A stretch of 60,362 nucleotides of DNA from an uncultured Pseudomonadales bacterium. GTDB lineage: Bacteria > Patescibacteriota > Microgenomatia > UBA1400 > UBA1396. The stretch is from the NCBI GenBank assembly GCA_964603945.1, contig CAZRWP010000002.1:59527-119888 (forward strand), in the 5' to 3' direction. A program made the position numbers and the translations under genes. The notes under the pieces were generated by a model. That model ran no database searches. It was not told where the DNA came from and saw only the letters and a program-made list of their open reading frames with translations. Shown here one piece after another: positions 47,653-56,218 of the stretch (positions are counted from its first letter, which is position 1; every line of letters begins with the position of its first letter).

Positions 47653-47775
47653 AGCCACTCCCTTCTGGTGAAAATAAAAATTGATTAGATAGCAACGCGA
47701 TGGGCTGCATATTCAATTGGATGATACCATCAATTGCTTGAGGTGTCAGGAACATTAAGTAATATTTTGGTGTAT

Positions 47776-48165
47776 TTACCAAATATTTTTCTGAATCATA
47801 AAGCAAGTATTGGAAATTACTTTAAGACCGGCGGACTTCGCCATTTCAATGGTTTCGTCTGAACTTGAACCAGGTTGCATCCAGATAGTTGGCACCTTTA
47901 GCTCTTGGCAAATTTTTATGATTTCCATAGTAACTTTGGGTGGAACTACGGTGATGACCACTTCAGGAACAGTTGGTAAATCTGCTAGAGATTTAAAAAG
48001 TATCTTGCCAGCAACCTCTCCACCCTTAGGGTTGATGCCTTTGACCTGATAACCGGCCTCAACCAGGCTAGTAAAAATTTTATAACCATATTTTTTTGGG
48101 TCAGTCGAAACGCCAACGACCACGAGATTAGTTTTTGGAGAAATATCAGTAATATTTGTTTCCAT
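47776..48165 (-). CDS. small CoA-binding domain protein (YccU/YneT-like)
   Basis: 129 aa with VVGVSTDPKKYGYKIF...GYQV..INPKG, the CoA_binding_2 pattern. Confidence 0.75.
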   Translation of the reverse strand: METNITDISPKTNLVVVGVSTDPKKYGYKIFTSLVEAGYQVKGINPKGGEVAGKILFKSLADLPTVPEVVITVVPPKVTMEIIKICQELKVPTIWMQPGSSSDETIEMAKSAGLKVISNTCFMIQKNIW

Positions 48166-48246
48166 AAGCTTGATATTAGTTAATTAATCTTTTTATCAGC
48201 TTAAGCCTAGCATAATGACCAATCTTTCCACTATAATAACCAAACT

Positions 48247-48681
48247 ATGTTAAATCAGAAAAAAATCTGGACCTTAATCTCAATCTTAGCTACTGTCGGT
48301 ATCGGACTGGCGATTTACCTCTTTTATAGTTATTTATCCCCTAACCCGCCTCAGATTTGTACGATTAGTGAAACCATTAATTGCGACGCCGTCACCAAAG
48401 GTAATCTGGCTGAATGGTTTGGTGTACCGGTCTCACTGGTTGGTTTAATTGGCTACATCACAATTTTGGGATCGGCTCTGGCCAAGAAGCGGAATCTGGC
48501 TATGGGAATGACCACTTTTGGCATGCTGTTTTGCCTGCGCCTAACCTACCTCGAGATCTTTGTTGAGAAAGTTATTTGTCCAGTTTGTATTTTGTGCCAA
48601 ATCGTGATGCTCACGATCTTCTCTCTCCTGATCTGGATGTACACACATCGTGATGAGGAGCCAGCAGAGGCAACTGAATAA
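48247..48681 (+). CDS. vitamin K epoxide reductase (VKOR) family protein
   Basis: Four TM helices. Loop cysteines (CTISETINCDAV) and a CxxC within a TM helix (CPVCILC). Confidence 0.65.
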   Translation: MLNQKKIWTLISILATVGIGLAIYLFYSYLSPNPPQICTISETINCDAVTKGNLAEWFGVPVSLVGLIGYITILGSALAKKRNLAMGMTTFGMLFCLRLTYLEIFVEKVICPVCILCQIVMLTIFSLLIWMYTHRDEEPAEATE

Positions 48682-48692
48682 TTGAGTACAAA

Positions 48693-48998
48693 TTATATTC
48701 TTTTAACGCCAATAAATTCGATAAGAGGGTAATCTTTCTTAATTGCAGTGTGGAAAGCTTCCGCTAGTTTGGCAGAAAATGAAGCGTTATTGCCACTTTC
48801 CATTTGATTGCAAAGTCGGCTCTCCCAATCTTCAATAATCCGCTTAATTACAATGCCCTCTTCATTATATTTTTCTTGATACCTTTTTTTGTCGGTGGCA
48901 TAAAGATCATGTAGTAACTTAAAATCTGCAAATTCTTCCTCATGTTCGGTATACATTTGTTTGATGTATTGACGGTACTTTGTTCTAGACATAGCCAT
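48693..48998 (-). CDS. hypothetical protein
   Basis: 101-aa charged helical ORF with no recognisable motif. Confidence 0.4.
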   Translation of the reverse strand: MAMSRTKYRQYIKQMYTEHEEEFADFKLLHDLYATDKKRYQEKYNEEGIVIKRIIEDWESRLCNQMESGNNASFSAKLAEAFHTAIKKDYPLIEFIGVKRI

Positions 48999-49153
48999 TA
49001 CGATATCACAAGCTGAGGTCTATTTTTAACAGGGAAAAACTAGTATTCAGTCAATAATTGAATGTTAATTATTTAAAAAGCCAGGCCACAAATTGAAATT
49101 TTATTGACAGATTATGGTTCAAGCAAAGCCGATGGCGTGCTATTTGATTGAGC

Positions 49154-49187
49154 AAAAAAAGAACCACCCGCGGTTGGCAGGTGGTTC
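49154..49187 (-). terminator. Rho-independent terminator (minus strand)
   Basis: GAACCACC-(11-nt loop)-GGUGGUUC, an 8-bp GC-rich stem followed by U7 on the minus strand. Lies about 170 nt downstream of the 49357 stop. Confidence 0.55.
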
Positions 49188-49356
49188 CCATGACATCGTG
49201 TACCAGCCCATCATAGGTAACGATGCGAATGTGTCTCAGCGCGACTTTCTATAGTTTCAGACTAATGAGTGATAATCGTTTAAGGATGCTGTAAGAAAAA
49301 AGTAATGAAAATTAGCTAAGGAAAAATGCTTAATATAGATCTGGTGACTAACTTAT

Positions 49357-49581
49357 CTATTGATTTGTTGATATAGAGTTTTGTTCCACTTTTTCGACTG
49401 GAATTGAATCTGCTACGCTAAAGAATTCTTGACGGTTCTGGTCTGTGGAGATGGTGTTGGTTGGGGTTGAGAAGACGTCAGCTGACGCTGATTTTTTTGG
49501 CAAGGATTTAAGCATGATAGTTAGGGAACTGACAATCAGAAGGCTTAAAACGGCTAATATTATTTGTTTATGAGATCTCAT
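49357..49581 (-). CDS. small hypothetical membrane-anchored protein
   Basis: ATG 49581 (MRSHKQIILAVLSLLIVSSLTIML...), one TM helix. The longer track ORF starts at a TTG. Confidence 0.35.
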   Translation of the reverse strand: MRSHKQIILAVLSLLIVSSLTIMLKSLPKKSASADVFSTPTNTISTDQNRQEFFSVADSIPVEKVEQNSISTNQ

Positions 49582-49658
49582 AAGTGAAGTAGTATTGTAC
49601 ACTTTTGTGTGAAAAGAGTAAGAATTATGTTCATACCAGGGGTATATCAATAGAAAAA

Positions 49659-50873
49659 TTATTCCGTTGGAATTATTGCGCTTGGTTCCTGGCTGATTTG
49701 CTCTTCTTTGGCCGTCAATTCCTGTTCAAGCCACTTGTGAATGCTGTCCCAATTTCCCGCTCCTTCTCTGGGAATCAATATGTATTGGCCGTCTTGACTG
49801 CGTCCGTGATTTAAAACATTATCTTCTGTCAGAGCAACACTATGAATAGTGTATGTCTGGTATTCATCCTTTTTCTTAATGAATTCCTGAATATTATCGA
49901 GACTTAGATCTGTTTGCAAATCTTGGCTGATTGTACTGATAAAGGGAATTAATTTTGGTAGAAAATCAATTCGCAGAACCTTATCTTTCATGGCTAAAAT
50001 GACATTTTTTTGCCTTTGAGATCGTGAGAAATCACTGCCATCCTGAGCGGAATGGCGGGAGCGGGCAAATTTGAGCGCCGTTGCGCCATCCATTCGGACA
50101 GTTCCCTGATCAAAATGAATATGCTCATAACGGCATGGGAACTCCTGTTCAAGCAAATAGCCTGACATTGTGGCAGTTAAAGCCTCAATTTCTTCCTCTG
50201 ATTTGCCACAAGTTTCATCTTCCATTCCTTCCAGGGGATACCAATAATCATCAAAAGTTTTTTCAACCTCAACTTCCACGCCTTTCAGAACATCAACCGA
50301 TTTAGTAAAACCAGAGAAACTCACAGCTACAAAGGCATCAATGGGAAAACCTACCACCTGGCTAACAGCCAGTTTGGCTAGATTGCCACCGCCCGCTTCA
50401 CCAGAAAACTGAGCAAGCTTATTGGGATAACTAAGGTCATCGGAACCTATCTGATAGGCCGCATTGATTTTCCAACCTGATTCCGTCTCTCCATTTACTG
50501 GTAAAGACACCCAAAGGTCACGCGGTAGGGTTATTAAGGTGATTTGCTCTTTAACGGGATCAATACGGGCCACGATGATGGTATCAGTCAGGAGTCCGCC
50601 TTCGTGCCCTCCTCCGCCATAACCAAGCAGAAGAACGCTGAATGGCTGGGGCTGAGCGGCGGCGAGCTGGGTGCTGACGTCAGCAGTGGCGGATTGGCCG
50701 CCACCGCCCACCGAAATCTGCCGCAAAGTCTGCCAGCTAAAAATGGCAAAAACTATCGCTAGCCCCACCATCAAACCCAGAACTGCCATTAGGGCAGTCA
50801 GTAAGGGTGACTTTTTGATAAAACTGAGCCAATTTTGAGGTGCATTCATAAAGTCGAAGTTAGAGTATATCAA
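49659..50873 (-). CDS. LCP (LytR-CpsA-Psr) family protein
   Basis: N-terminal TM helix then LCP-domain motifs FSVLLLGYGGGGHEGGLLTDTIIVARID...ITLITLPRDLWV and FARSRH. Track start is TTG 50873; ATG 50849 is an alternative. Confidence 0.8.
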   Translation of the reverse strand: MIYSNFDFMNAPQNWLSFIKKSPLLTALMAVLGLMVGLAIVFAIFSWQTLRQISVGGGGQSATADVSTQLAAAQPQPFSVLLLGYGGGGHEGGLLTDTIIVARIDPVKEQITLITLPRDLWVSLPVNGETESGWKINAAYQIGSDDLSYPNKLAQFSGEAGGGNLAKLAVSQVVGFPIDAFVAVSFSGFTKSVDVLKGVEVEVEKTFDDYWYPLEGMEDETCGKSEEEIEALTATMSGYLLEQEFPCRYEHIHFDQGTVRMDGATALKFARSRHSAQDGSDFSRSQRQKNVILAMKDKVLRIDFLPKLIPFISTISQDLQTDLSLDNIQEFIKKKDEYQTYTIHSVALTEDNVLNHGRSQDGQYILIPREGAGNWDSIHKWLEQELTAKEEQISQEPSAIIPTE

Positions 50874-51041
50874 GTTTGCCGTAGTTAATACTGTTAGAGA
50901 ATCGCTATTAGTTCTTGCTTAAATCTTACCCTCCTCCTTTTCAGTTCATATTAGATGAAAGTATGACTAGACTAGAAGTTGTTAATGAAATAGTGGATGA
51001 AATGTCGAGGCTGAACTACGAAATGATGGAAGTATAGAAAT

Positions 51042-51488
51042 ATGGAGATAACGAGTCCGGCTTTTGAAACAAACGAACAAATGCCGGTTGAATTTACCTG
51101 CTACGGAGCCAATCATAATCCTCCCCTGCAATTTTGGGATGTTCCGGAAGACGCTACAAGTTTGCTTTTGATCATGGAAAACTGGGATATGCCGGTCAGA
51201 CCATTTACACACTGGCTGGTCTTTAATATTCCCCCGATTGAAGAAGAGATTGAACAGCAGGCGACTTTTGTGCGTCCAACCATCGAAATTCAAAATTCTA
51301 ATGACACTTATGGTTACAGTGGTCCTTGTCCTGAGACTGGTACTCATGAGGTCGAGTTTAGGTTATTTGCTTTGGATACAATGTTGGATCTCAATCGGAC
51401 AGCCGACCGCCAGGAAGTTGAAGCGGCTATGTCCGGCCACGTAATAGCGGAAGCTGAGTTAAGAACAAAATTTAGTCATGATAGCTGA
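51042..51488 (+). CDS. YbhB/YbcL-family PEBP (Raf kinase inhibitor-like) protein
   Basis: PEBP motifs (NHNPPLQFWDVPEDATSLLLIMEN.D.P...FTHWLVFNIP; YSGPCPETGTHEVEFRLFALD). Confidence 0.8.
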   Translation: MEITSPAFETNEQMPVEFTCYGANHNPPLQFWDVPEDATSLLLIMENWDMPVRPFTHWLVFNIPPIEEEIEQQATFVRPTIEIQNSNDTYGYSGPCPETGTHEVEFRLFALDTMLDLNRTADRQEVEAAMSGHVIAEAELRTKFSHDS

Positions 51489-51509
51489 TGTTAGTCAGTG
51501 AAAAATAGT

Positions 51510-51923
51510 TTAATCTTCAGCTTTTTGATCATGAAGAAGTTCTAGAATCTGATCAATCTTTTGTGTTTCTAATCTAGTTAAAGCGGTGCGTAAACCCTCG
51601 ATTTCTTCCTTGGATTGCAGATCAGTTTTTAAATCGAACGCGGCGTGCTGACGGTCCCGTTCGGATTGGCGGTTTTGCGACATCATAATAATTGGTCCGG
51701 CATAGGCCGCTTGAACGGAAAAAAGCAGATTTAGCAAAATAAATGGATATGGATCCCAGCCTTCAAAATATGCGGTCAAATTTAACACAATCCAAGCCAA
51801 AACTCCGATTGATTGGAGAATAATAAATGGCCAACTACCAATGGCTGTAGCTAATGAATCGGCCAATCGCTGACCACGCGTAAGTTGAACCGTCTGATAT
51901 CGATTATCGGAACTAGTATTCAT
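51510..51923 (-). CDS. DUF1003-domain membrane protein
   Basis: Pattern GSWPFIILQS...WDPYPFILLNLLFSVQAAYAGPIIMMSQNRQSERDR, characteristic of DUF1003. Confidence 0.75.
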   Translation of the reverse strand: MNTSSDNRYQTVQLTRGQRLADSLATAIGSWPFIILQSIGVLAWIVLNLTAYFEGWDPYPFILLNLLFSVQAAYAGPIIMMSQNRQSERDRQHAAFDLKTDLQSKEEIEGLRTALTRLETQKIDQILELLHDQKAED

Positions 51924-52057
51924 GTTAATACTATAGCTGTTTTTGATTAGTAAGTGGATAGATTAAAGAATTAGTACCAGCAGTAAATGTTTTTGGTGAT
52001 AATTCAGTTTCTCCAGATTGATTTCTTTTTACTCAAGATTTTTTGTACAATTAGTGA

Positions 52058-53290
52058 ATGCTGAAGATTTTCTCTAAATTACTAGGTTGGCAATTAAATT
52101 ATTGCGGGTTTGTTTTAATCGCTTTGCTATTTGCCAGTTTATTGTTAGCCAAACCGATTAAAGTTTTGGCCCAAGAGAGTTCCCTGCCCTCTGAAGAATT
52201 AACATTTCAGCCACTGACTGGAGAAAAGTCGCAAGCGGAGCTTATGCGTGGCGAGGTGGTGGCGATCACGGAAAGCGGAACTGATTTCTTGTTAGATGAT
52301 CTGGTGCCTTATCAGATTTTAGAAGTTGAAATAACTAAAGGTGACAAGGCCGGTCAAAGATTAGAGATTAATAATTCCGCTTCAATGGGGAGCACTGTCG
52401 ATTTGCAGTATGAAGAATATGAAGTTGGCGACAAGGTGAAGATCTCTGTTATGCCAGGTATGGATGGTGAGCCAGTTTATTCCTTGGCTGGCAGGGTAAA
52501 ATTTGACGGCCTACTACTGTTGACTGTTTTGTTCTTGGCGGTGGTATTGGTGGTTGGCCGAGTTTGGGGCGCTTTGTCGTTGGTTGGCATGGGTGTTTCA
52601 TTTTTAGTCATTTTCCGCGTAATAATTCCTTTAATTATTCGAGGGACTGATCCGGTTGTGGCGGCACTAATTGGATCGCTAATTATTATTCCGACGACTT
52701 TTTATATTTCCCATGGTTTTAACTCAAAAACTCACGTTGGAGTGGCGGCGACAATGATTGCTTTAATTGTCACTGGTTTGTTGGCCATTTATTTTGTTGA
52801 CCTTACCCACTTAACCGGTTTTGCCTCTGAAGAAGCCGGCTTCTTGCAGGTGGAACGGCAAGGCACAATTGATATCCGTGGCTTACTGTTGGCGGGTATT
52901 ATTATCGGTACCTTAGGTGTCTTGGATGATGTGACGGTTGGTCAGGCATCAGTCGTTCAGCAGTTAAAAAAATCTAAGCCAGACAGTAGTATGCGGGAGC
53001 TATTTACACAAGGCATGAAGGTTGGCCAGGATCACATTTCATCCATGGTGAACACGCTGGTGCTGGTTTACTCTGGCTCTGCTCTGCCCTTATTGCTACT
53101 TTTTTACGACGAGAATCAGTCATTTTTGGATATTATTGAGTTTGAGTTAATCTCAGAAGAAATTGTTCGTATGCTGGTTGGCAGTATTGGTTTAGTAGCG
53201 GTAGCGCCGCTTGCTACTTGGCTGGCGGCTTATGTGTTTTCCAGATCTAAGGGAAAAGTTAGAAATAAAACTGTCAAATCAGCTAATTAG
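52058..53290 (+). CDS. YibE/F-family membrane protein
   Basis: Signal or anchor segment, a ~120-aa N-terminal ectodomain, then about 7 TM helices with a YibE/F-like pattern (IIPLIIRGTDPV...). Confidence 0.6.
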   Translation: MLKIFSKLLGWQLNYCGFVLIALLFASLLLAKPIKVLAQESSLPSEELTFQPLTGEKSQAELMRGEVVAITESGTDFLLDDLVPYQILEVEITKGDKAGQRLEINNSASMGSTVDLQYEEYEVGDKVKISVMPGMDGEPVYSLAGRVKFDGLLLLTVLFLAVVLVVGRVWGALSLVGMGVSFLVIFRVIIPLIIRGTDPVVAALIGSLIIIPTTFYISHGFNSKTHVGVAATMIALIVTGLLAIYFVDLTHLTGFASEEAGFLQVERQGTIDIRGLLLAGIIIGTLGVLDDVTVGQASVVQQLKKSKPDSSMRELFTQGMKVGQDHISSMVNTLVLVYSGSALPLLLLFYDENQSFLDIIEFELISEEIVRMLVGSIGLVAVAPLATWLAAYVFSRSKGKVRNKTVKSAN

Positions 53291-53361
53291 CAGACTTTTA
53301 GGTTTAATTTATTAATTCTGTCTTAATTGCGGCAAGACAGCCAATCACGGCAAATAACCAC

Positions 53362-53943
53362 TCACGGCAAAACAAAACCATGGCTAGCGCCGTAGCTTAA
53401 AAAGCCGTCCAGATCCAAGATTGTGTTTTTCATGGCTGAGGTGTCAAAATTAGCGCCTGACAGTTTTGTTTGTGTAAAGTCAGTTTCTTCAAGTTTACAC
53501 TTTTCAAATATTACTTCGGTTAGATTAGCGCCAGCAAAAGAAACTTTCTCCAAGCGGCAGACAGCAAACACGGAGCGCTCAAGATCGGCTGATGTAAACC
53601 GACAACTTCTAAGATCCAAGGTTTTTTGCAGGTGCGTTTTCCCAGGTTTTAATGCTTGAAAAGTACAGTTTTGGAGAACGCTATCCGAGAAATCACATTT
53701 TTCTAATCGACAAGGAGAAAAATCAAGGTTGCTAAGCTTACTGTCTTTAAAGGTGCAGTTAGTAAAACCTGAAATGTCCAGAATTGCACCGCTTAAATCA
53801 CAGCCATTAAAAGAGCAATTTTCAAAATTGGAAAAACGCAGACTGGCTGAAACAAAGCGACAGGCAGTAAAACTGCAATTTATAAAATTCTCACCCTTTA
53901 ACTCATCACCAGCAAATATTTGTTTATTGTATTGTCGCTTCAT
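53362..53943 (-). CDS. pentapeptide-repeat protein
   Basis: Continuous A(D/N)LXX-type pentapeptide periodicity (CSFTACRFVSASLRFSNFENCSFNGCDLSGAILDISGFTNCTFKDSKLSNLDFS...). Confidence 0.85.
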   Translation of the reverse strand: MKRQYNKQIFAGDELKGENFINCSFTACRFVSASLRFSNFENCSFNGCDLSGAILDISGFTNCTFKDSKLSNLDFSPCRLEKCDFSDSVLQNCTFQALKPGKTHLQKTLDLRSCRFTSADLERSVFAVCRLEKVSFAGANLTEVIFEKCKLEETDFTQTKLSGANFDTSAMKNTILDLDGFLSYGASHGFVLP

Positions 53944-53989
53944 GTTTGATCAGTTTTTGGGTTAGTTAATCTAGATAATATTCTAAAAT

Positions 53990-54598
53990 CTATTGACACT
54001 GAGCTGAAGGAATTGTAATTTCTACCTGGGTAAAATCCAAAGATCTCAGCAGACCAGCCAACTGGGATTGGGCATTATCAGAAGCCTGTTGGAGGATACC
54101 ACCCTCACAGGCGGCTTGGCGAATAGTTTCCTCAGCGGCTTGACGCGCAGTTGATTCCAGATCAGCTTCCCCTTTAGTTAATAAGCCTTGCTGACGGTCA
54201 TAAACTCGAGTTTGCTCGCTGTCTAGCCGAGTTGACAAAACTTGTGGAGGCGGCAAACGCAAAGTAATTCGGTCATCTTCAATGGAAATGTCATCTTCGG
54301 TTAGCTGAGCTAAATCAAAGCCGGCCGTTACTTGACCATGAGCAATCAGCAAAATTCTGTCGCCAAATAAAAGTTCCTGAAAACGATTGCCCTGCGTGCC
54401 TGCCTCAATTATTTTTTCAATTGTAAAAACGACCGTTTCGTAGCGGCTCAACGACTGCATCTGCTTGATTACAGCGGCTTGATCTGTGCGCACCCGGTAC
54501 TCAGTTCGGTTTTTCCAGGTGACAAAAGCGCCGATCAACCCAAGTATTAAGGCCACAATCAGAATTGATACGACCGCCTTTTTAAGAGAAATACTCAT
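53990..54598 (-). CDS. DUF4230-like membrane-anchored protein
   Basis: N-terminal TM helix. Motif LLIAHGQVTAGFDLAQLTEDDISIEDDRITLRLPPPQVL. Confidence 0.6.
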   Translation of the reverse strand: MSISLKKAVVSILIVALILGLIGAFVTWKNRTEYRVRTDQAAVIKQMQSLSRYETVVFTIEKIIEAGTQGNRFQELLFGDRILLIAHGQVTAGFDLAQLTEDDISIEDDRITLRLPPPQVLSTRLDSEQTRVYDRQQGLLTKGEADLESTARQAAEETIRQAACEGGILQQASDNAQSQLAGLLRSLDFTQVEITIPSAQCQ

Positions 54599-54656
54599 GC
54601 TGGTAGTCTAACAAAAAACCGTAAGAATGCTGGCTCTAATTGTAAGAAAGATTGAC

Positions 54657-55802
54657 TTAAGTATAGTTTTGTTCAGAGATATCACTTTGCTCAAATTTAT
54701 TCTGAGTATTAAGTTGTTTAGTCTGCAGAAATTTTTTTAGTTGAGGTATTCCCTCTCCGGTTAAAGCTGAAACCAAAAAATGTGGTTGATCGGCAAAATC
54801 CAGCTTGAGCTGTTTGATTTCTTTGTCTGAGAGTAAATCAGTTTTATTCAAGATAAAAATTGGCTTATCGGTAATGCCCATATCTTCCAGAATTTCGTTT
54901 ACTACCTGAATTTTGTCATTTTTATCTGGGTCGGAAGCATCAATGACCTGCAAAAGCAGTCTAGCCTGCAAAGATTCTTGCAAAGTTGAGCGAAAAGCAC
55001 TGACTAAGTTTGGCGGCAGGTCCTCTATAAAGCCAATTGTATCCGAGACTAATACTGGCGGAGTTTTAGCAAATTTGATCTTGCCAACCACACTATCCAG
55101 AGTGGTAAAGAGTCCGCCATGCGTCTTTTTTTGCTTGTTGGTTAAGGCATTAAAAAGCGTAGTTTTGCCAGCGCTGGTGTAACCAACCAAAGCGGCGGTG
55201 TACACGCCTTTGTTTTGGCGGCGCTTGATACGGCCGGACTGCATGGCCGCCCGCTTATCGATTTGCTTTTTTAAGAATTGAATTCGTTTTTTCATCTGCT
55301 GACGCTCAATCTGAATATTAGTTTCGCCAAGTCCCCTAGTGCCGATTCCGCCGCCCTGCCGTGACAATACCGTGCCGCCCAGACCGTAAATTCGCGGACC
55401 GGCGTGCTGAATTCTGGCAAGTTCGATTTGGAGTTTGGCCTCGGTAGTGGTCGCGTGCTGGTCAAAAATATGCAGAATTAAATCAACCTTGTCCCAGACT
55501 TTAATTTGCGTGTTAACCTCCCAAAGCGCTTTCTCTAGGCGGAAAAGTTGACTAGATTTGGCGATGGCGTTCAGCACCACCACGTCAATTTCTTTGTCCT
55601 TGACCGTTTGTTTTAGCCACTCAACTTTTCCGCCACCCACAAACGTGCCAGGATGCGGATGGACTCGATGCTGAGAGGATTTCTCAACTACCTCACCGCC
55701 GTAAGTATGGACAAGCTGTTCCAGCTCCGCCATATTTTCGATTGCTATATCTTGATGATCATGTGGCGTGATTACTTGAAGTAAAAGAAATTGAGCCATC
55801 AT
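54657..55802 (-). CDS. hflX: GTPase HflX
   Basis: HflX N-terminal domain (ELEQLVHTYGG.VV), coiled linker, G1 GYTSAGKTTLFNALT, G3 DTIGFI, G4 NKTD. Confidence 0.88.
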   Translation of the reverse strand: MMAQFLLLQVITPHDHQDIAIENMAELEQLVHTYGGEVVEKSSQHRVHPHPGTFVGGGKVEWLKQTVKDKEIDVVVLNAIAKSSQLFRLEKALWEVNTQIKVWDKVDLILHIFDQHATTTEAKLQIELARIQHAGPRIYGLGGTVLSRQGGGIGTRGLGETNIQIERQQMKKRIQFLKKQIDKRAAMQSGRIKRRQNKGVYTAALVGYTSAGKTTLFNALTNKQKKTHGGLFTTLDSVVGKIKFAKTPPVLVSDTIGFIEDLPPNLVSAFRSTLQESLQARLLLQVIDASDPDKNDKIQVVNEILEDMGITDKPIFILNKTDLLSDKEIKQLKLDFADQPHFLVSALTGEGIPQLKKFLQTKQLNTQNKFEQSDISEQNYT

Positions 55803-56106
55803 TATTTAAATAATTTGGGTGCAAGCGTGGAAAATCTGGTTTTTTATTTCCATTTGTCTTTTCATAATTTTCAATCCATTTGAATATTGCCTTGATATAT
55901 TCATCTATTATAGAAGATTCAAACATGTTAATGAAAGAAAAATCAGTTCTCATTTTTTCGGCATTATCAGCACAATCAATTTCTATAAGTTTTTGTTCTA
56001 TAGAATCAAATTTCCTAATTAATAAACCTAATTCTTGAATTGAATTTATTTCCTGCCCAACTTGAGAACTTTCTTGTCTGGAGTTACCTGATATAAATCT
56101 TGCCAT
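55759..56106 (-). CDS. hypothetical protein (AT-rich orphan)
   Basis: ORF in a conspicuously AT-rich ~400-bp stretch. ATG 56106 lies 8 nt after TATAAT. The 3' end overlaps the hflX start by 44 nt. No motif recognised. Confidence 0.3.
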   Translation of the reverse strand: MARFISGNSRQESSQVGQEINSIQELGLLIRKFDSIEQKLIEIDCADNAEKMRTDFSFINMFESSIIDEYIKAIFKWIENYEKTNGNKKPDFPRLHPNYLNNDGSISFTSSNHAT

Positions 56107-56218
56107 AGACGGCAATTATATCGGTCCCAGTAGTAGGAAGCAATCTTGGACGCTTAGAATGATTTAGAAAGTTTCTATTACAACTTAATTATGTAATGAG
56201 TGTAGACTCATTTGCTTA

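Noticed and set aside
47700-47740. CAATTGATGGTATCATCCAATTG upstream of pflB. Considered as an FNR/CRP-type site (TTGAT-N4-ATCAA), as seen at enterobacterial pfl promoters.
   Set aside because: The second half-site does not match at the required spacing. Only a 4-bp inverted repeat (GATG/CATC) is real. Not supportable without a regulator or conservation data.
49186-49260. A Trp-containing 24-codon minus-strand ORF (MMGWYTMSWEPPANRGWFFFCSIK) spans the 49154-49187 terminator. Considered as a trp-type attenuation leader peptide.
   Set aside because: The Trp codons are not tandem, there is no SD, no alternative antiterminator pairing was found, and the downstream gene is not a Trp-related gene.
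52010-52021. TCTCCAGATTGA, identical to the most conserved arm of the 40124/43174 repeat element. Considered as a third, degenerate copy.
   Set aside because: It is only a 12-nt match with no partner arm and no terminal repeat. With ~180 possible 12-mers from the element searched on both strands of 60 kb, about one chance hit is expected.
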